A stretch of DNA of 64,000 nt from Opitutia bacterium (GCA_050506795.1 JBJHCF010000013.1:34151-98150), one strand, 5' to 3'; positions 40,895-51,309 are shown, numbered from the stretch's first letter. Notes: generated from the letters alone by a model not told the origin. A program made the numbers and translations.

Positions 40895-42355
40895 TTATTG
40901 ATCGTGTTCAGAGAAGGGAATGGAAAGGAAAAAACGGGATCCCCGGCCTTTCTCTGAGACCACCCGGACGGATCCGCCGCATTCGTCGGCGACCTGCGCC
41001 ACGATCGCGAGTCCGAGTCCGACGCCGTGTTCCGGCCCTTTGGTGGAGACAAAAGGTTCGAAGATTTTCGCCACGTTCTCCGGTTCGATGCCGGGACCGT
41101 CATCCGCCACTTCAAAGGTCACACCGTCCGAGCCCGCGAACCAGGAGAACCGGACCGTTCCGTTGGGGCGGGCCTGCAACGCGTTTTTCAACAAATTGAT
41201 CAGTGCCAGCTCGACCCTGATCGGGTTTACCAGAACTGTCCGGTCCGGGAACGTATCTCCGAGGACGATCTTCCCACCGGTTTGTTCCCGGATACTTTCG
41301 ATCGCGCTCAGTGCGGATTGGGCGAGATGTTCGGGGGTCACCGGCTTGGCTTCGGCCCCGCCCGCCCGACCGAATTCGAGCAACTGGCGGACGATTCGGT
41401 CCATCCGAGCCACCTCCGTTTGGATCCCCCGCAGGGCTTCTTGCGTTTTCGGGGGATTGTCCGGATGGCGCAGTCCTCTTTGGGCGTTGCCGACCACAAC
41501 GCTTAGCGGCGTGCCCAGTTCGTGCGCGACCCCGGCGGCGATATTACCCAGCGACGCCAGCTTCTCCGATTGTTTCAGGCGCTCCGACAATTTTCGCTCA
41601 TTCTCCTGCCGGGTCCGAATCTCCTGCTCCGCCCGCTCGATCGAGTTGAGCATACCATTGAGCGTTTGAGACAGTTCCACCACTTCCCGCGGTCCGCGGG
41701 GGGAGGCCCGGTGTTCGCGTTCGCCGCGTTGAATTCTGATCATGGAAGCATTGAGGCGATTCAAGGGTCCGCCGATCGCCCGCTGAAAACCCACCGTCAC
41801 CGCACCAATCATGATCAGTGCGCTCAGGAAAAAGAACGAGAAAGCTCCTCGCCTCAGATTGGTCAGGAATTGTTCGTAGTTTCGCCGCAAACGCGCGACC
41901 TGGAGGATGCCGGTGACCTGGCCCGCTTCGGTGATCAGCGGGGCGAAATAGGAATAAACGGATTCGTCGGCCACCTCACTGTAACCGTCGTGACGGGAGA
42001 GGTTGCGATCGGTAAGATCCGGGACAGTCGCCGGCAACTCCGCACTGCGATTCTGAAAGCGCCCGGCTCGGGCCACGATGTTTCCCTCCAGATCGTAAAC
42101 GAAAACTCCGTAATCGCCTTCAGCTTCGAATGCCTGGCTCAGGAGGGGTTGCAGCTGAAATGGCGGTTCTTCGCTCATAAGGCGTCCCAGCGCCGGTTGA
42201 AAGGTGTGCGCGACGACCCGGACGTCGAGTTCCATCCGGTCCTGCACGATGCTTTCGAATTTCTGCAGCGCGACGAAACCCAATCCGCCTGAAATGGTGA
42301 ACAGCGGGAGAAGGATGTAGAGGTAGAAATGCCAGCGCAGTCCCAAGGGCTTCAT
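40895..42355 (-). CDS. Membrane sensor histidine kinase with HAMP domain
   Basis: Two TM segments flanking a periplasmic domain, HAMP, AHELGTPL, NLLKNA, DDGPGI and GLGLAI. Confidence 0.95.
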   Translation of the reverse strand: MKPLGLRWHFYLYILLPLFTISGGLGFVALQKFESIVQDRMELDVRVVAHTFQPALGRLMSEEPPFQLQPLLSQAFEAEGDYGVFVYDLEGNIVARAGRFQNRSAELPATVPDLTDRNLSRHDGYSEVADESVYSYFAPLITEAGQVTGILQVARLRRNYEQFLTNLRRGAFSFFFLSALIMIGAVTVGFQRAIGGPLNRLNASMIRIQRGEREHRASPRGPREVVELSQTLNGMLNSIERAEQEIRTRQENERKLSERLKQSEKLASLGNIAAGVAHELGTPLSVVVGNAQRGLRHPDNPPKTQEALRGIQTEVARMDRIVRQLLEFGRAGGAEAKPVTPEHLAQSALSAIESIREQTGGKIVLGDTFPDRTVLVNPIRVELALINLLKNALQARPNGTVRFSWFAGSDGVTFEVADDGPGIEPENVAKIFEPFVSTKGPEHGVGLGLAIVAQVADECGGSVRVVSEKGRGSRFFLSIPFSEHDQ

Positions 42356-42532
42356 TTCAAGTCATATAGGCGTGTTTCCGGATTCGCGGAATGGTAGCGT
42401 GCAGGCTGTTTCCGATCCCCATCCCATGCTCGCGACAGCCATTTACAACAGAAAAAGCGGTGCCGGGGCAACACCCGGGATTACAGGCGAAATTGGTCTT
42501 ACCTGTCATCCGCCTGCAATCGCGATCTCCGG

Positions 42533-45500
42533 CTATTCCTGTGAGAGGGTCAGGCGGAAAAATGCCGATCGGCCGCCGGGAAGGGACACGTTTGTTTCCA
42601 GGCGAATAAAGCCATCGGCCACCCCGGATTGATCCTCTGCCGGATCGAAGGGGGCCGGTTGCCAGATTTCCAGGTCCTGCGAATGCCAAAGGCCGACGGA
42701 AAGCCGGGGGTGGTTTCGCACTCCGGCGGTCACACGGGCTCCGTCGAAGTCCGGCGCGATTTGGATTCCTTCGGGCACGGCGTATCGCACGCCGTTGGCG
42801 ACGGCGCTGCCTGAAACGGACTCGGCGAATCCGGTTCCTTCATCGCCGGGCGAGTGGCCCTGGTCGCGCAGCCAGGCGTCGTAGGAATTGAAGAATTGTT
42901 CCCCCGGGACGCCGTGGAATTCGATGATGGCGGCGTTGGCGTGCCCGCCGTGGGAGGTCAGGTAGCGGACGTACCTGAAGGGTTGATGACGGGTTGCCTG
43001 AAGAGTCGTCAACACACCGGCGGGCGGCGTCTCGGTGATCACCGCGATCGTCACGGCATCGGCGAAGTCCGCGCGGTTGGCCCCTTGAAAGATGCCGCCG
43101 CGCATACGGCCTTCAAAATCGGCGCGGGGAGCGAATCGAACGGCGGTGATGACCCGGGTGCTGCGGGAGCCCAGATCCAGTCCGGCCCAGGCGTCGTTGG
43201 CGTCGGCGGTCGGCGAGTCGAAGTGAGTATTAAAATTTCCATCGAACAGATTCTCCCTGGTGTTGCCGGTATTGTTCCATGAGCCCGGGGTGCCGATGAT
43301 GGTTCCGGTCAGGGGTTCGTTTAGGGGCGGGCGGAGAAGACGGATCGTCCGTTCGACCGGAGGCGAGGTTTTGAAGGTCGGTCCCACCGCTTGAACTTCG
43401 ATGGTGAGTTCCAGTCCGTCGCCGGTCTGTCGCGCCGAGGGCACGAAGTAGGTGGTGTTTGGCGTCGCGCCCAGCCAGGTGCGCGAGCCGTCCGCGTCGC
43501 TTGCGTAGAGATGATAGCTGTGTACCGGGTCGACTGAAGGTGTCCATTGCAGACGCAACGCCATCGTGTCCCAATCAAGACTGCGCTTCTGCAACACCTT
43601 CACCTCGGAGGGAGGAGCCGGTGGAGTGGTGGTCTTTTCGTAGATCGCCAGACGTCCGAGATGAAGGTCGTAGTTGTGATTGACCGCGTGTTGCCCGAAT
43701 CGGAGTTTGACCAGGGCGATCGTGCGACCGGCGAATTTGCCGAGATCGAACGTGTGCGCTGTCCAGCTGGAACCGCCGAAGTTCTCCAGATCGAAATACT
43801 CGAAATGTTCGAGGTTGTCATCAAAGGCCAATCCGATTTCCAGGGCGTTGCTGAGCCGGCCTTGATTGCGTTTGAAGACCACTTCGAGTTGGGTGTCCCC
43901 GGAGACCGGGATCGCCGCCGGGTACAAGGGGATTTCGGCCGGACCGGCCAGATCCCCCGTCACACGGAGCGAGGCGCCTCCGAAATACGGTTGCTCCATG
44001 TCGAAGTCGATCGAGATGTCGGCTTCTTCCGTATCCACGATCCAACGCCAGGCGGGCAAAACGTCCTGCAGACTCAGGTTGTTCCACGGGCCGTCGCGAA
44101 CGACGTTTCCGTCAACGGCAAACCGGGAGCCGTAGCCGCGGTTGAAGTGGGTGACAAACGGCAGTTCCGTCACCGGGCTGACGGCCGGAATGTAGTGTGA
44201 GATCCCGCGCCAGTTCTGGCTGGTTTCGGTGTTGGAGGGATCGTGGTTGGGACCGGACCACAACCGGCTTTCGCGGGATTGGAAGTCGTCCATGTCCGAG
44301 GCAAGTCTCAGGGTCCAATCCGTTTCGTAGAGAGCGAGGGATAAGTTGTGCGGTTGTTGGTCCGGAAAGAGGCGGGCCCAGTTGACGTTGCTCGTGTAGC
44401 CGGAGTTCCTGAGGTCGACTCCGGCGTGAATGTCGTAGGGATCGATCCCGAGGTCCAACGCCCGCTGGCGGGAGGCCAGCAGGTTGGCGGCGTTGGCGCC
44501 GCCACCGCGCCAGGCGTCGTCGAGGGTCATGGCATGAGCCACGGGGCCGTCGTTGATCAGAAACGTCTCGTTGCGCTCGTCGAAAGTGCTGTGGGATTGA
44601 GTGTTTCCGAACCGGTCCATGCTGTCGAACCAAACGATTTTCAGGCTCGAGTTTTCCCGCAGGTAGCGGATGAAATTATTCATGGCATGTGCGGTGCGGG
44701 CGCTGGCGCCGCCGGTTTGCTGACGGACCAGCCAGCCGTCGAAACCGTAATATTCGGCGGCCTGGATCAGTTTGTCCGCCACCGGAAAGCGGCCGTCTTC
44801 GTGACTCGTCAGATCGGAAACCCACTCGAACTTCCCCAGGTATTCTGAGGCGGGAAAGGCGATCGAGCCCAGGACCGGCACCCCGTTGCGGTGCGCGGCG
44901 TCGATCACCGCCGCGGTGGGCGCCACGATCACTCCTTCCAGGGGACTTCCGCCCCAGTACACGAGGGTGTCGACGTATTGCCAGTGGGAAAAAGCGTAGA
45001 TCTCTTCGTGGTATCCCCCTTGCGGATACGCTCCGGCGGAGGGACCGAAACGAGCGAGCAACAGGACGCGGGCTTCGTCCGGCCGGGCGTTTGCATTGGG
45101 GTTGAAAGCGTTGTGGGATATGCGTTGAGCCAGGGGGACGGTGGCGCGGTTGAACGGGGCGTCGCGGTCGTCCTCCGGGGACCAGGCGCGGAGGTCCGTA
45201 GGATGCCAGGAAGGGGAATAGGGTTGGATGCGGGTGGTTTCGGGGGGAGGAGCGACCTGAAGCGCGGCAACCGAGGCGGTCCCGCCGAAGGAGTGCAGGG
45301 TTCCCAGGGGAGTCGGTTGTCCCCAAAGCGGCCACGAGAGATCGTCCAGGGGTCGGCGATTTTCCCAGGCCCGGCGGGCCATGAATTGGAACCAGTCCAG
45401 GTACTCGTCTTCCAGGCCGCGGTCTTTCATGAATCGGCTCAGCCAGCGCAATAGAATGGCGTTGAATCCGGCGAGGTCGCCGGATGCGGCATATTCGGGC

Positions 45501-46324
45501 AGGATGCCCCGGCGGGTGCCGCGGTCGACGTCGCGGGAGAAGTTGGCCGCCGCCAGGGCGTCGTCGAGGTGACCCAGAAAATGGGCCGCGCCCAGAAAGG
45601 TGCCTTGGTTGTAGGTCAGTGTGACCGCATCGAGAGTGCCGTTGATGTGCATGTGATCGAAGACCCGGCCGGTTTCGGGATCGAACAGAACTTCGCGCGT
45701 CCAGTCGTATATCCGGTGAGCGATCTCCAGATACTTTTCATCATCGAGCGCTTCATACAGCAGGTACGCCGCGATGGCGGCGGGTCCATTCACAGCCGTG
45801 TTCTTTGACTGCCGGTCCGACTGCCGCCAGTAAAGACCGCCGCCCAGGGTGTCGCTCCAGGCGCGTTCGAACATCAGGTCGTAGTTCTGCCGGGCGATAT
45901 TGAGGTAGTTGTTGTCCCCGGTGTGGTTGTAGGCGCGGGTAAACGCGATCACCGCCCAGGCAATATCGTCGTTGTAAACATTGCTCTGCCAGTTGGTGCC
46001 CCACCGCCCGATAAAGCCGGCCAGCAGGTTCTTCACCAGTTCCAGGTGGTCCTCCCGTCCCGAACGCTCGTAGACGTCGATCATCAATTCGATTTTCTCA
46101 GCCGGCTCCCAGAAGTAGTCCGGGTTGGCGGGGTGGTTGGTGCGTTGAAGAAAGAAGGCGTGCCCCTCGTTGTTCACCCGGTAGTAGCTGGTGATGTAAG
46201 CGTCGATGATGGCGTCCGCGTCCTCGCCGGTGAAGGCGGACACGGATCCGGGCGGCGCCAGGAAAATCAGGAGGGCGAACAGGGTTTTCCAGGGGAATGC
46301 CGATCGGGCGGTGGAGGTGTTCAT
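42533..46324 (-). CDS. Secreted multidomain glycosidase: GH76 plus degenerate GH85, Fn3-like, galactose-binding-like and C-terminal domains
   Basis: GH76 YNDDIAW, GGGLYW, SKNTAVN and TYNQGTF. GH85-like FNRATVPLA, WQYVDTLVYWGGS, IDAAHRNGVPVLG, YYGFDGW, LPFVTHFNRGYG and WNNLSLQDVLP. Confidence 0.88.
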   Translation of the reverse strand: MNTSTARSAFPWKTLFALLIFLAPPGSVSAFTGEDADAIIDAYITSYYRVNNEGHAFFLQRTNHPANPDYFWEPAEKIELMIDVYERSGREDHLELVKNLLAGFIGRWGTNWQSNVYNDDIAWAVIAFTRAYNHTGDNNYLNIARQNYDLMFERAWSDTLGGGLYWRQSDRQSKNTAVNGPAAIAAYLLYEALDDEKYLEIAHRIYDWTREVLFDPETGRVFDHMHINGTLDAVTLTYNQGTFLGAAHFLGHLDDALAAANFSRDVDRGTRRGILPEYAASGDLAGFNAILLRWLSRFMKDRGLEDEYLDWFQFMARRAWENRRPLDDLSWPLWGQPTPLGTLHSFGGTASVAALQVAPPPETTRIQPYSPSWHPTDLRAWSPEDDRDAPFNRATVPLAQRISHNAFNPNANARPDEARVLLLARFGPSAGAYPQGGYHEEIYAFSHWQYVDTLVYWGGSPLEGVIVAPTAAVIDAAHRNGVPVLGSIAFPASEYLGKFEWVSDLTSHEDGRFPVADKLIQAAEYYGFDGWLVRQQTGGASARTAHAMNNFIRYLRENSSLKIVWFDSMDRFGNTQSHSTFDERNETFLINDGPVAHAMTLDDAWRGGGANAANLLASRQRALDLGIDPYDIHAGVDLRNSGYTSNVNWARLFPDQQPHNLSLALYETDWTLRLASDMDDFQSRESRLWSGPNHDPSNTETSQNWRGISHYIPAVSPVTELPFVTHFNRGYGSRFAVDGNVVRDGPWNNLSLQDVLPAWRWIVDTEEADISIDFDMEQPYFGGASLRVTGDLAGPAEIPLYPAAIPVSGDTQLEVVFKRNQGRLSNALEIGLAFDDNLEHFEYFDLENFGGSSWTAHTFDLGKFAGRTIALVKLRFGQHAVNHNYDLHLGRLAIYEKTTTPPAPPSEVKVLQKRSLDWDTMALRLQWTPSVDPVHSYHLYASDADGSRTWLGATPNTTYFVPSARQTGDGLELTIEVQAVGPTFKTSPPVERTIRLLRPPLNEPLTGTIIGTPGSWNNTGNTRENLFDGNFNTHFDSPTADANDAWAGLDLGSRSTRVITAVRFAPRADFEGRMRGGIFQGANRADFADAVTIAVITETPPAGVLTTLQATRHQPFRYVRYLTSHGGHANAAIIEFHGVPGEQFFNSYDAWLRDQGHSPGDEGTGFAESVSGSAVANGVRYAVPEGIQIAPDFDGARVTAGVRNHPRLSVGLWHSQDLEIWQPAPFDPAEDQSGVADGFIRLETNVSLPGGRSAFFRLTLSQE

Positions 46325-46331
46325 CTTACGG

Positions 46332-47210
46332 CTATGGCGCTTCGCTCCGCTCCTCGATGTTCAGGACCGAGTGCAGAATGGATTTCACCGGCGTTTGATG
46401 GTAGTAGCTTCCCTGCATCGCGGCGATGGACTCGGGGGTGGGGCCGGTCACGGTGTTGATGTAGTGCTCGTCGCAAAACACGCCGTTGGTGGGGTCGACT
46501 CCCCGCCAGCCGCCGCCGGGAAGGTAAACTTCGGTCCAGGCGTGCAAGGTGCTGTCCGGATTGTCACCCTCAATCTTCCCTTCGCCGGGAACGTACATGT
46601 AACCTCCGGCCAGGCGCGCGGCAAGGCCGAGTTTCCGGCAGCTTTCGGCCATGAGCCAGGCGAAGTCGCGGCAGGTGCCGACGCCTTTGTCCAGGGTTTC
46701 GCCCGGACTCTGCACTCCGTGTAGGTCGCGGCTCCGGTACTCGAAACTTTCGTGAATCATGCGGTTGAGGTCGAACACGAAGCCGACCGTGCCGCCGCCA
46801 TCGGGCGGCGTCCGGTCCGTCAGCCAGCGGCGGAGGCGATGTTCCGGATCGGTCGTTCGGGGGCGCAGCCAGGGATCCAGAATGGCGGCTTCCGCCTCCG
46901 TGTAAGCAAACGGGAAGGTGGCGGCGTGGGGTTCGAGCAGGAAGTCGAAGGGTTTGCGGAGGACATTTTCCACCGTCATCGTGATATCAAGGCTCAGGTC
47001 GCGGGTGGTGCCCGGAAAAAAGATGCGCGCCTGCGGGCAATCGGAGGGGTCGCGAATCCAGTGGACGTACCCTTCGGGACGCACCTTCATGGCGAAGTGG
47101 TGCAGGCGGGAAAACATGTCCTCGCGCGGACGCAATCGAATGTAGTGCGGCGAGAGCGAGACTTCACTCGCGTAGCGGTAAGTGGTGTGATGGGTGATTT
47201 CCAGGATCAT
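46332..47210 (-). CDS. Transglutaminase-like family protein (Bact_transglu_N plus core)
   Basis: ITHHTTYRY...RLRPR, GTCRDFAW, HAWTEVYLPGGGWRGVDPTNG. Start MILEIT. Confidence 0.92.
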   Translation of the reverse strand: MILEITHHTTYRYASEVSLSPHYIRLRPREDMFSRLHHFAMKVRPEGYVHWIRDPSDCPQARIFFPGTTRDLSLDITMTVENVLRKPFDFLLEPHAATFPFAYTEAEAAILDPWLRPRTTDPEHRLRRWLTDRTPPDGGGTVGFVFDLNRMIHESFEYRSRDLHGVQSPGETLDKGVGTCRDFAWLMAESCRKLGLAARLAGGYMYVPGEGKIEGDNPDSTLHAWTEVYLPGGGWRGVDPTNGVFCDEHYINTVTGPTPESIAAMQGSYYHQTPVKSILHSVLNIEERSEAP

Positions 47211-48108
47211 AATTCGGGTTCTTTTTCCGGCCCGGCCGCGGCTGGCGGCGTCGGCGAACGGAAACGTTGACGTGAAGGCGATGGTCGCGGGCTCCCTTGA
47301 AGGCGCCGCGCAAGGGGGAAACGTCGCGGTAATCGCGGCCCACCGCGACCCGCACATGGCGCTCGCCGGCGGTCTGGTCGTTGGTGGGATCGAGCCCCCA
47401 CCACCAACCGCCCGGCAGCCAGACCTCCACCCAGGCGTGGCTGGCGGCGGCGCCGGTAAGATGGTCGCCGCGGTTTCCGTCGGGCACATCGGATTCAATG
47501 TACCCGCTGACGTAACGTGCCGGGAGGCCGTGAAGGCGCAGAATGGCCAGCATGAGGTGGGCGAAATCCTGGCAGACGCCGCGTTTCCGGCGCATGATTT
47601 CGCGCAGCGGGGTGCCGACGGAGGTGACGCCCGGCCGGTAGCGGAGGGTGGTGTGGAGGTGATGATTCAGCGCGAGCAGGGCTTCGCCCAACGGTTGCTT
47701 CTCCGGGAACGGTCGGTGGACGAAATGGGCGGCTTCCGGTTCCAGGGGCACGTGGTAGGTGGGTTGCAGGAAGTCGAATAGCCGGATCATCATTCCGCGC
47801 ATGATCTGTCGCGCCTCCCCCACGGTGACCTCAAGGCATGGCGCCGGGGGCGGCACGGACAGCGTTTCCACGTCGGCCCAGGCTTTGACCGACAGGCGTT
47901 CGTGCCGGAATGGAATGGAGAAATATTCCACCCGGTTTCCGAAGTAGTCCAGGTAGTGATCGCAATCGACCGCCGGTTCGATCGAAAGGTCCCGCTGCAG
48001 GACCCGCTGGGATTCGCTGTCCCGCGGCCACACCCGAAGCTCGATGAATGAATCCGAAGCGGGCTCCTGGTAACGGTACTCGGTATGATGAACGATCCGG
48101 AAATGCAT
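47164..48108 (-). CDS. Transglutaminase-like family protein
   Basis: IVHHTEYRY, DYFGN, GVCQDFAH, ARYVSGY, HAWVEV...GLDPTN and VGRDYRDVSP. Confidence 0.93.
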   Translation of the reverse strand: MHFRIVHHTEYRYQEPASDSFIELRVWPRDSESQRVLQRDLSIEPAVDCDHYLDYFGNRVEYFSIPFRHERLSVKAWADVETLSVPPPAPCLEVTVGEARQIMRGMMIRLFDFLQPTYHVPLEPEAAHFVHRPFPEKQPLGEALLALNHHLHTTLRYRPGVTSVGTPLREIMRRKRGVCQDFAHLMLAILRLHGLPARYVSGYIESDVPDGNRGDHLTGAAASHAWVEVWLPGGWWWGLDPTNDQTAGERHVRVAVGRDYRDVSPLRGAFKGARDHRLHVNVSVRRRRQPRPGRKKNPNYDPGNHPSHHLPLRE

Positions 48109-48243
48109 TTATTATGGTCGAAGCCTGACCCGGGAGAACCTCAGGTCGGCGCTCCGAAAACGCAAATGGAAAAGCGGATTCGAAGCGGCTCAGGCAGGGC
48201 GGGACCGGATTACGCTTGCACCTGAGGAAGGGGCTTTTATCCG

Positions 48244-49365
48244 ATGGGCAGGTTGAAACTCGTCGATCGCTACATCCTGGCCGAATGGCTGAAAATCCTC
48301 GCTCTGATGCTCGGGGTGACGGTGGCCCTGCTTTTCTTGGAGGATATGTACGGCAATTTCGGCCGTCTGATCGACTACGAGGCCAGTCTGGAGGACATCC
48401 TGCGGTACTACGGCGCTTTGGCGCCGGGCTTCCTGCCGGTGGTGCTGCCGCTGGCGCTTTTGCTTTCGCTCCTTTACGTCATGGGGCAGTTTCAACGCAA
48501 CAACGAGTTCGTGGCCTTGCGTTCGTGCGGATTCAGTCTGTTCCGGATTACCCGGACCATCTGGGTCGCCGGGTTGGTGCTTTCGGCTCTTTATTTGGTC
48601 TTTACCGCCCGGGTGGTGCCCTGGTCGGTGGAGCAATCGCGTTTGATCTGGGAAAATATCGAGTTCCAGTACGAGGCGGAGACTCGGGACATCGAGCGGG
48701 TGGGGGTCACCCAAAGTCTGGCGTTTAACAATCTCCGCGAGGGCCGGATGTGGTTCATGAACCGCTACAGCGCCTTTGCGGGGCAGGGTTTCGGAGTGAC
48801 GGTTTCGGTGCTGGACGAGGAGCGTCAGGTGTTGCGGCGGGTGCTCGGTCGCACCGCGCGTTACGATGCCGAGGCGGGAGGTTGGTTTTTCTACGAGGGC
48901 CGCGAGATTCGTTTCGACCCGGGGACCTACGACGCGGTCCATTCGGCGCCTTTCGATGAACGCTTTTTTCCGGAATTCACCGAAACCCCCCATTTCATGC
49001 TTCTGCTCGACCGTCGGCCTCGCGATCTTTCGCTCTTCGAATTGCGCGACGCACTGATTTTCTTTGAGGATTTCGACAGTCCCGCCCGCAATATTTATGC
49101 GGTGCAGTACCACGGAATCCTGGCCGGGTCGCTGAGCTGTCTGATCGTCGTGGGGCTGGCCATACCGTTTTCCGTATCCGGCGGACGGACCAATCCCATG
49201 ATCGGGGTTCTCAAATCCATCGGTCTGTTTCTGTGCTATTTTACTTTGGTCAACGCGACCCGCCTTCTGGGGGAGCGCGAGATCGTCGATCCTGTTCTGT
49301 CGGCATGGCTGCCCAATGTCACCATGCTGTTAATCGCTCTTTGGTTGTTTCGCCGTGCCAACTGA
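48244..49365 (+). CDS. LptF/LptG family LPS export permease
   Basis: LVDRYILAE, LPLALL, NNEFVALRSCG, a periplasmic beta-jellyroll region, and SAWLPN. Confidence 0.9.
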   Translation: MGRLKLVDRYILAEWLKILALMLGVTVALLFLEDMYGNFGRLIDYEASLEDILRYYGALAPGFLPVVLPLALLLSLLYVMGQFQRNNEFVALRSCGFSLFRITRTIWVAGLVLSALYLVFTARVVPWSVEQSRLIWENIEFQYEAETRDIERVGVTQSLAFNNLREGRMWFMNRYSAFAGQGFGVTVSVLDEERQVLRRVLGRTARYDAEAGGWFFYEGREIRFDPGTYDAVHSAPFDERFFPEFTETPHFMLLLDRRPRDLSLFELRDALIFFEDFDSPARNIYAVQYHGILAGSLSCLIVVGLAIPFSVSGGRTNPMIGVLKSIGLFLCYFTLVNATRLLGEREIVDPVLSAWLPNVTMLLIALWLFRRAN

Positions 49366-50521
49366 ATCCAATTCTCCCGGTCTCAAGCTCAAGCCCGGTC
49401 TTCCTGCTCGCGTCCTGCGTGGACATCCCTGGATCTTCTCCAACGAGATCCGAAAACCGCTACCGCCCGAATTCGACGGCACGGCGGTGACGGCTAGGGA
49501 CTCCCGCGGCCGTTTTCTCGGGACCGGCTTATACAACGGAAATTCGCGCATCGTCTGGCGCCGGTTCTCGCGGGACCGGGTCGATTTCGACGACAAATAC
49601 CTGGAGGGCGCTATTCGGCGTTCCCTCGCCCGCCGGGAGGGGCAGACGACGGCGCGCCTGGTCTGGTCGGAAGCGGACGATCTGCCCGGATTGGTGGTGG
49701 ACCGGTACGGCGACGTACTGGTGGCGCAACTGCTCACCCTCGGTATGGATCGGGCCACGAAAATCGTCACCCGCCTGTTGCAGGAATTGCTTGAGCCCCG
49801 TGAAATTCTCCTGCGCAACGATGCCGCCGCCCGCCGGCTGGAGGGAATGGAGACCGGGGTGCGCACCGTCTCGGGCCGGGAACTGGCCCCGGCCTGGGTG
49901 GAAATCGAAGGAGTGACCTACTGGCTGGATTGGGTCGGCGGACAGAAGACCGGGTTTTACCTGGACCAGCGGCGCGAACACCTGGCGGTGGCGGCCCTGG
50001 CCGGGGGAAAACGCGTCCTGGACGCGTTCTGCAATCAGGGCGGGTTCGCCCTGCAGTGTGCCCGGGCGGGCGCCGCCGAGGTCCTGGGGGTGGACCTGTC
50101 GGAGGATGCGGTGGCCACGGCGAGGCGCAACGCGGAGAGGAACGGCCTTGAGGCGGCTTTTGAAACCGCCAATGTCTTCGATTATCTGCGCGGTCTCGAG
50201 GAGGGAAGTCGCGACCTGATAATCCTCGACCCCCCGCCCTTCGCCAAATCCCGGGGGGAAATCGCGGGTGCTCTACGCGGGTACAAGGAGATCAATCTTC
50301 GGGCCATGAAAGTCCTCTCCCGGGGAGGAATCCTGGCGACCTACAGTTGTTCGGCCCATGTTGGATGGGATCGCTTTTCCGCCCTGCTGACCGAGGCCGC
50401 CGCCGATGCCGGGCGCAAATTAACCGTGTTGCGGTATTGTCACCAACCCGAAGATCACCCGGTGTTTTTGGCCATGCCGGAAAGCGAATACCTGCGCGGC
50501 TTTATTTTGCGGGTGGATTGA
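49355..50521 (+). CDS. RlmI-like class I SAM-dependent rRNA methyltransferase
   Basis: PUA-domain GHPWIFSNE, SEADDLPGLVVDRY, GQKTGFYLDQR and LDPPPFAK. Confidence 0.9.
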   Translation: MPTESNSPGLKLKPGLPARVLRGHPWIFSNEIRKPLPPEFDGTAVTARDSRGRFLGTGLYNGNSRIVWRRFSRDRVDFDDKYLEGAIRRSLARREGQTTARLVWSEADDLPGLVVDRYGDVLVAQLLTLGMDRATKIVTRLLQELLEPREILLRNDAAARRLEGMETGVRTVSGRELAPAWVEIEGVTYWLDWVGGQKTGFYLDQRREHLAVAALAGGKRVLDAFCNQGGFALQCARAGAAEVLGVDLSEDAVATARRNAERNGLEAAFETANVFDYLRGLEEGSRDLIILDPPPFAKSRGEIAGALRGYKEINLRAMKVLSRGGILATYSCSAHVGWDRFSALLTEAAADAGRKLTVLRYCHQPEDHPVFLAMPESEYLRGFILRVD

Positions 50522-50601
50522 TATAGATTTAATCCTTTGCATTTCGGGGAATGATGCGCTTAGCCTCGATTCTTCGAATCAACATAAACCATCCGACAAT
50601 T

Positions 50602-51306
50602 ATGAGTATTTTGAAAAGGACACGACTGCTGGCGTTTGCCGGGATTCTTTCTACGGCGATTTTGAGCGGTCAGCAACCGGAAGCCGATGCCGAAGGTTTC
50701 AGTGAAAACGATCTGCTGAAAACCTACGGATTCCTGATTGCCTCCCAGGTGGGTTTGGCGGACATGGATCTGGAGCAGGAGCAATTGGAAGCGCTGGTGG
50801 AAGGCATGTATTACCAGTTGGAAAATCAGGAGCCGCCGTTTCCCTTCGAACAGATCGGCCCCCAATTGCAGGCCTTTCTGCAGCAAAAGCAGGAGGTTGC
50901 CAGTGCACGCGCCGCCGAGGCGGGCCGGGCGGCAGCGGCCGAATTCTTCGCCCAACTCGCCGAGCGCGACGATGTGGAGCGGACTGACAGCGGCCTTTAT
51001 TACGAGATAGTCGAACTCGGTGACGGGGATCGTCCGGGACCGAACGACACCGTGCGCATTCACTACACTGGAAGCCTGATTTCGGGCCAGACTTTTGATA
51101 GCTCCTACAACCGCGGGGAGCCGGCGGAGTTTCCGGTAATGGGAGTGATTCCCGGCATGAGCGAGGGTTTGCAGTTGCTCCCGGTGGGCAGCGAAGCGAT
51201 CCTCTACATCCCGTCGGACCTCGGTTACGGGAATCAGGGCACCGGGAACATTCCTCCCGGATCGACGCTGATTTTCGAAGTCGAGTTGATCGACATCGTC
51301 GAGTGA
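50602..51306 (+). CDS. FKBP-type peptidyl-prolyl isomerase (FkpA/Mip-like)
   Basis: Signal peptide, TDSGLYYE, HYTGSL..GQTFDSS, VIPG and IPPGSTLIFEVEL. Confidence 0.93.
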   Translation: MSILKRTRLLAFAGILSTAILSGQQPEADAEGFSENDLLKTYGFLIASQVGLADMDLEQEQLEALVEGMYYQLENQEPPFPFEQIGPQLQAFLQQKQEVASARAAEAGRAAAAEFFAQLAERDDVERTDSGLYYEIVELGDGDRPGPNDTVRIHYTGSLISGQTFDSSYNRGEPAEFPVMGVIPGMSEGLQLLPVGSEAILYIPSDLGYGNQGTGNIPPGSTLIFEVELIDIVE

Positions 51307-51309
51307 CCA

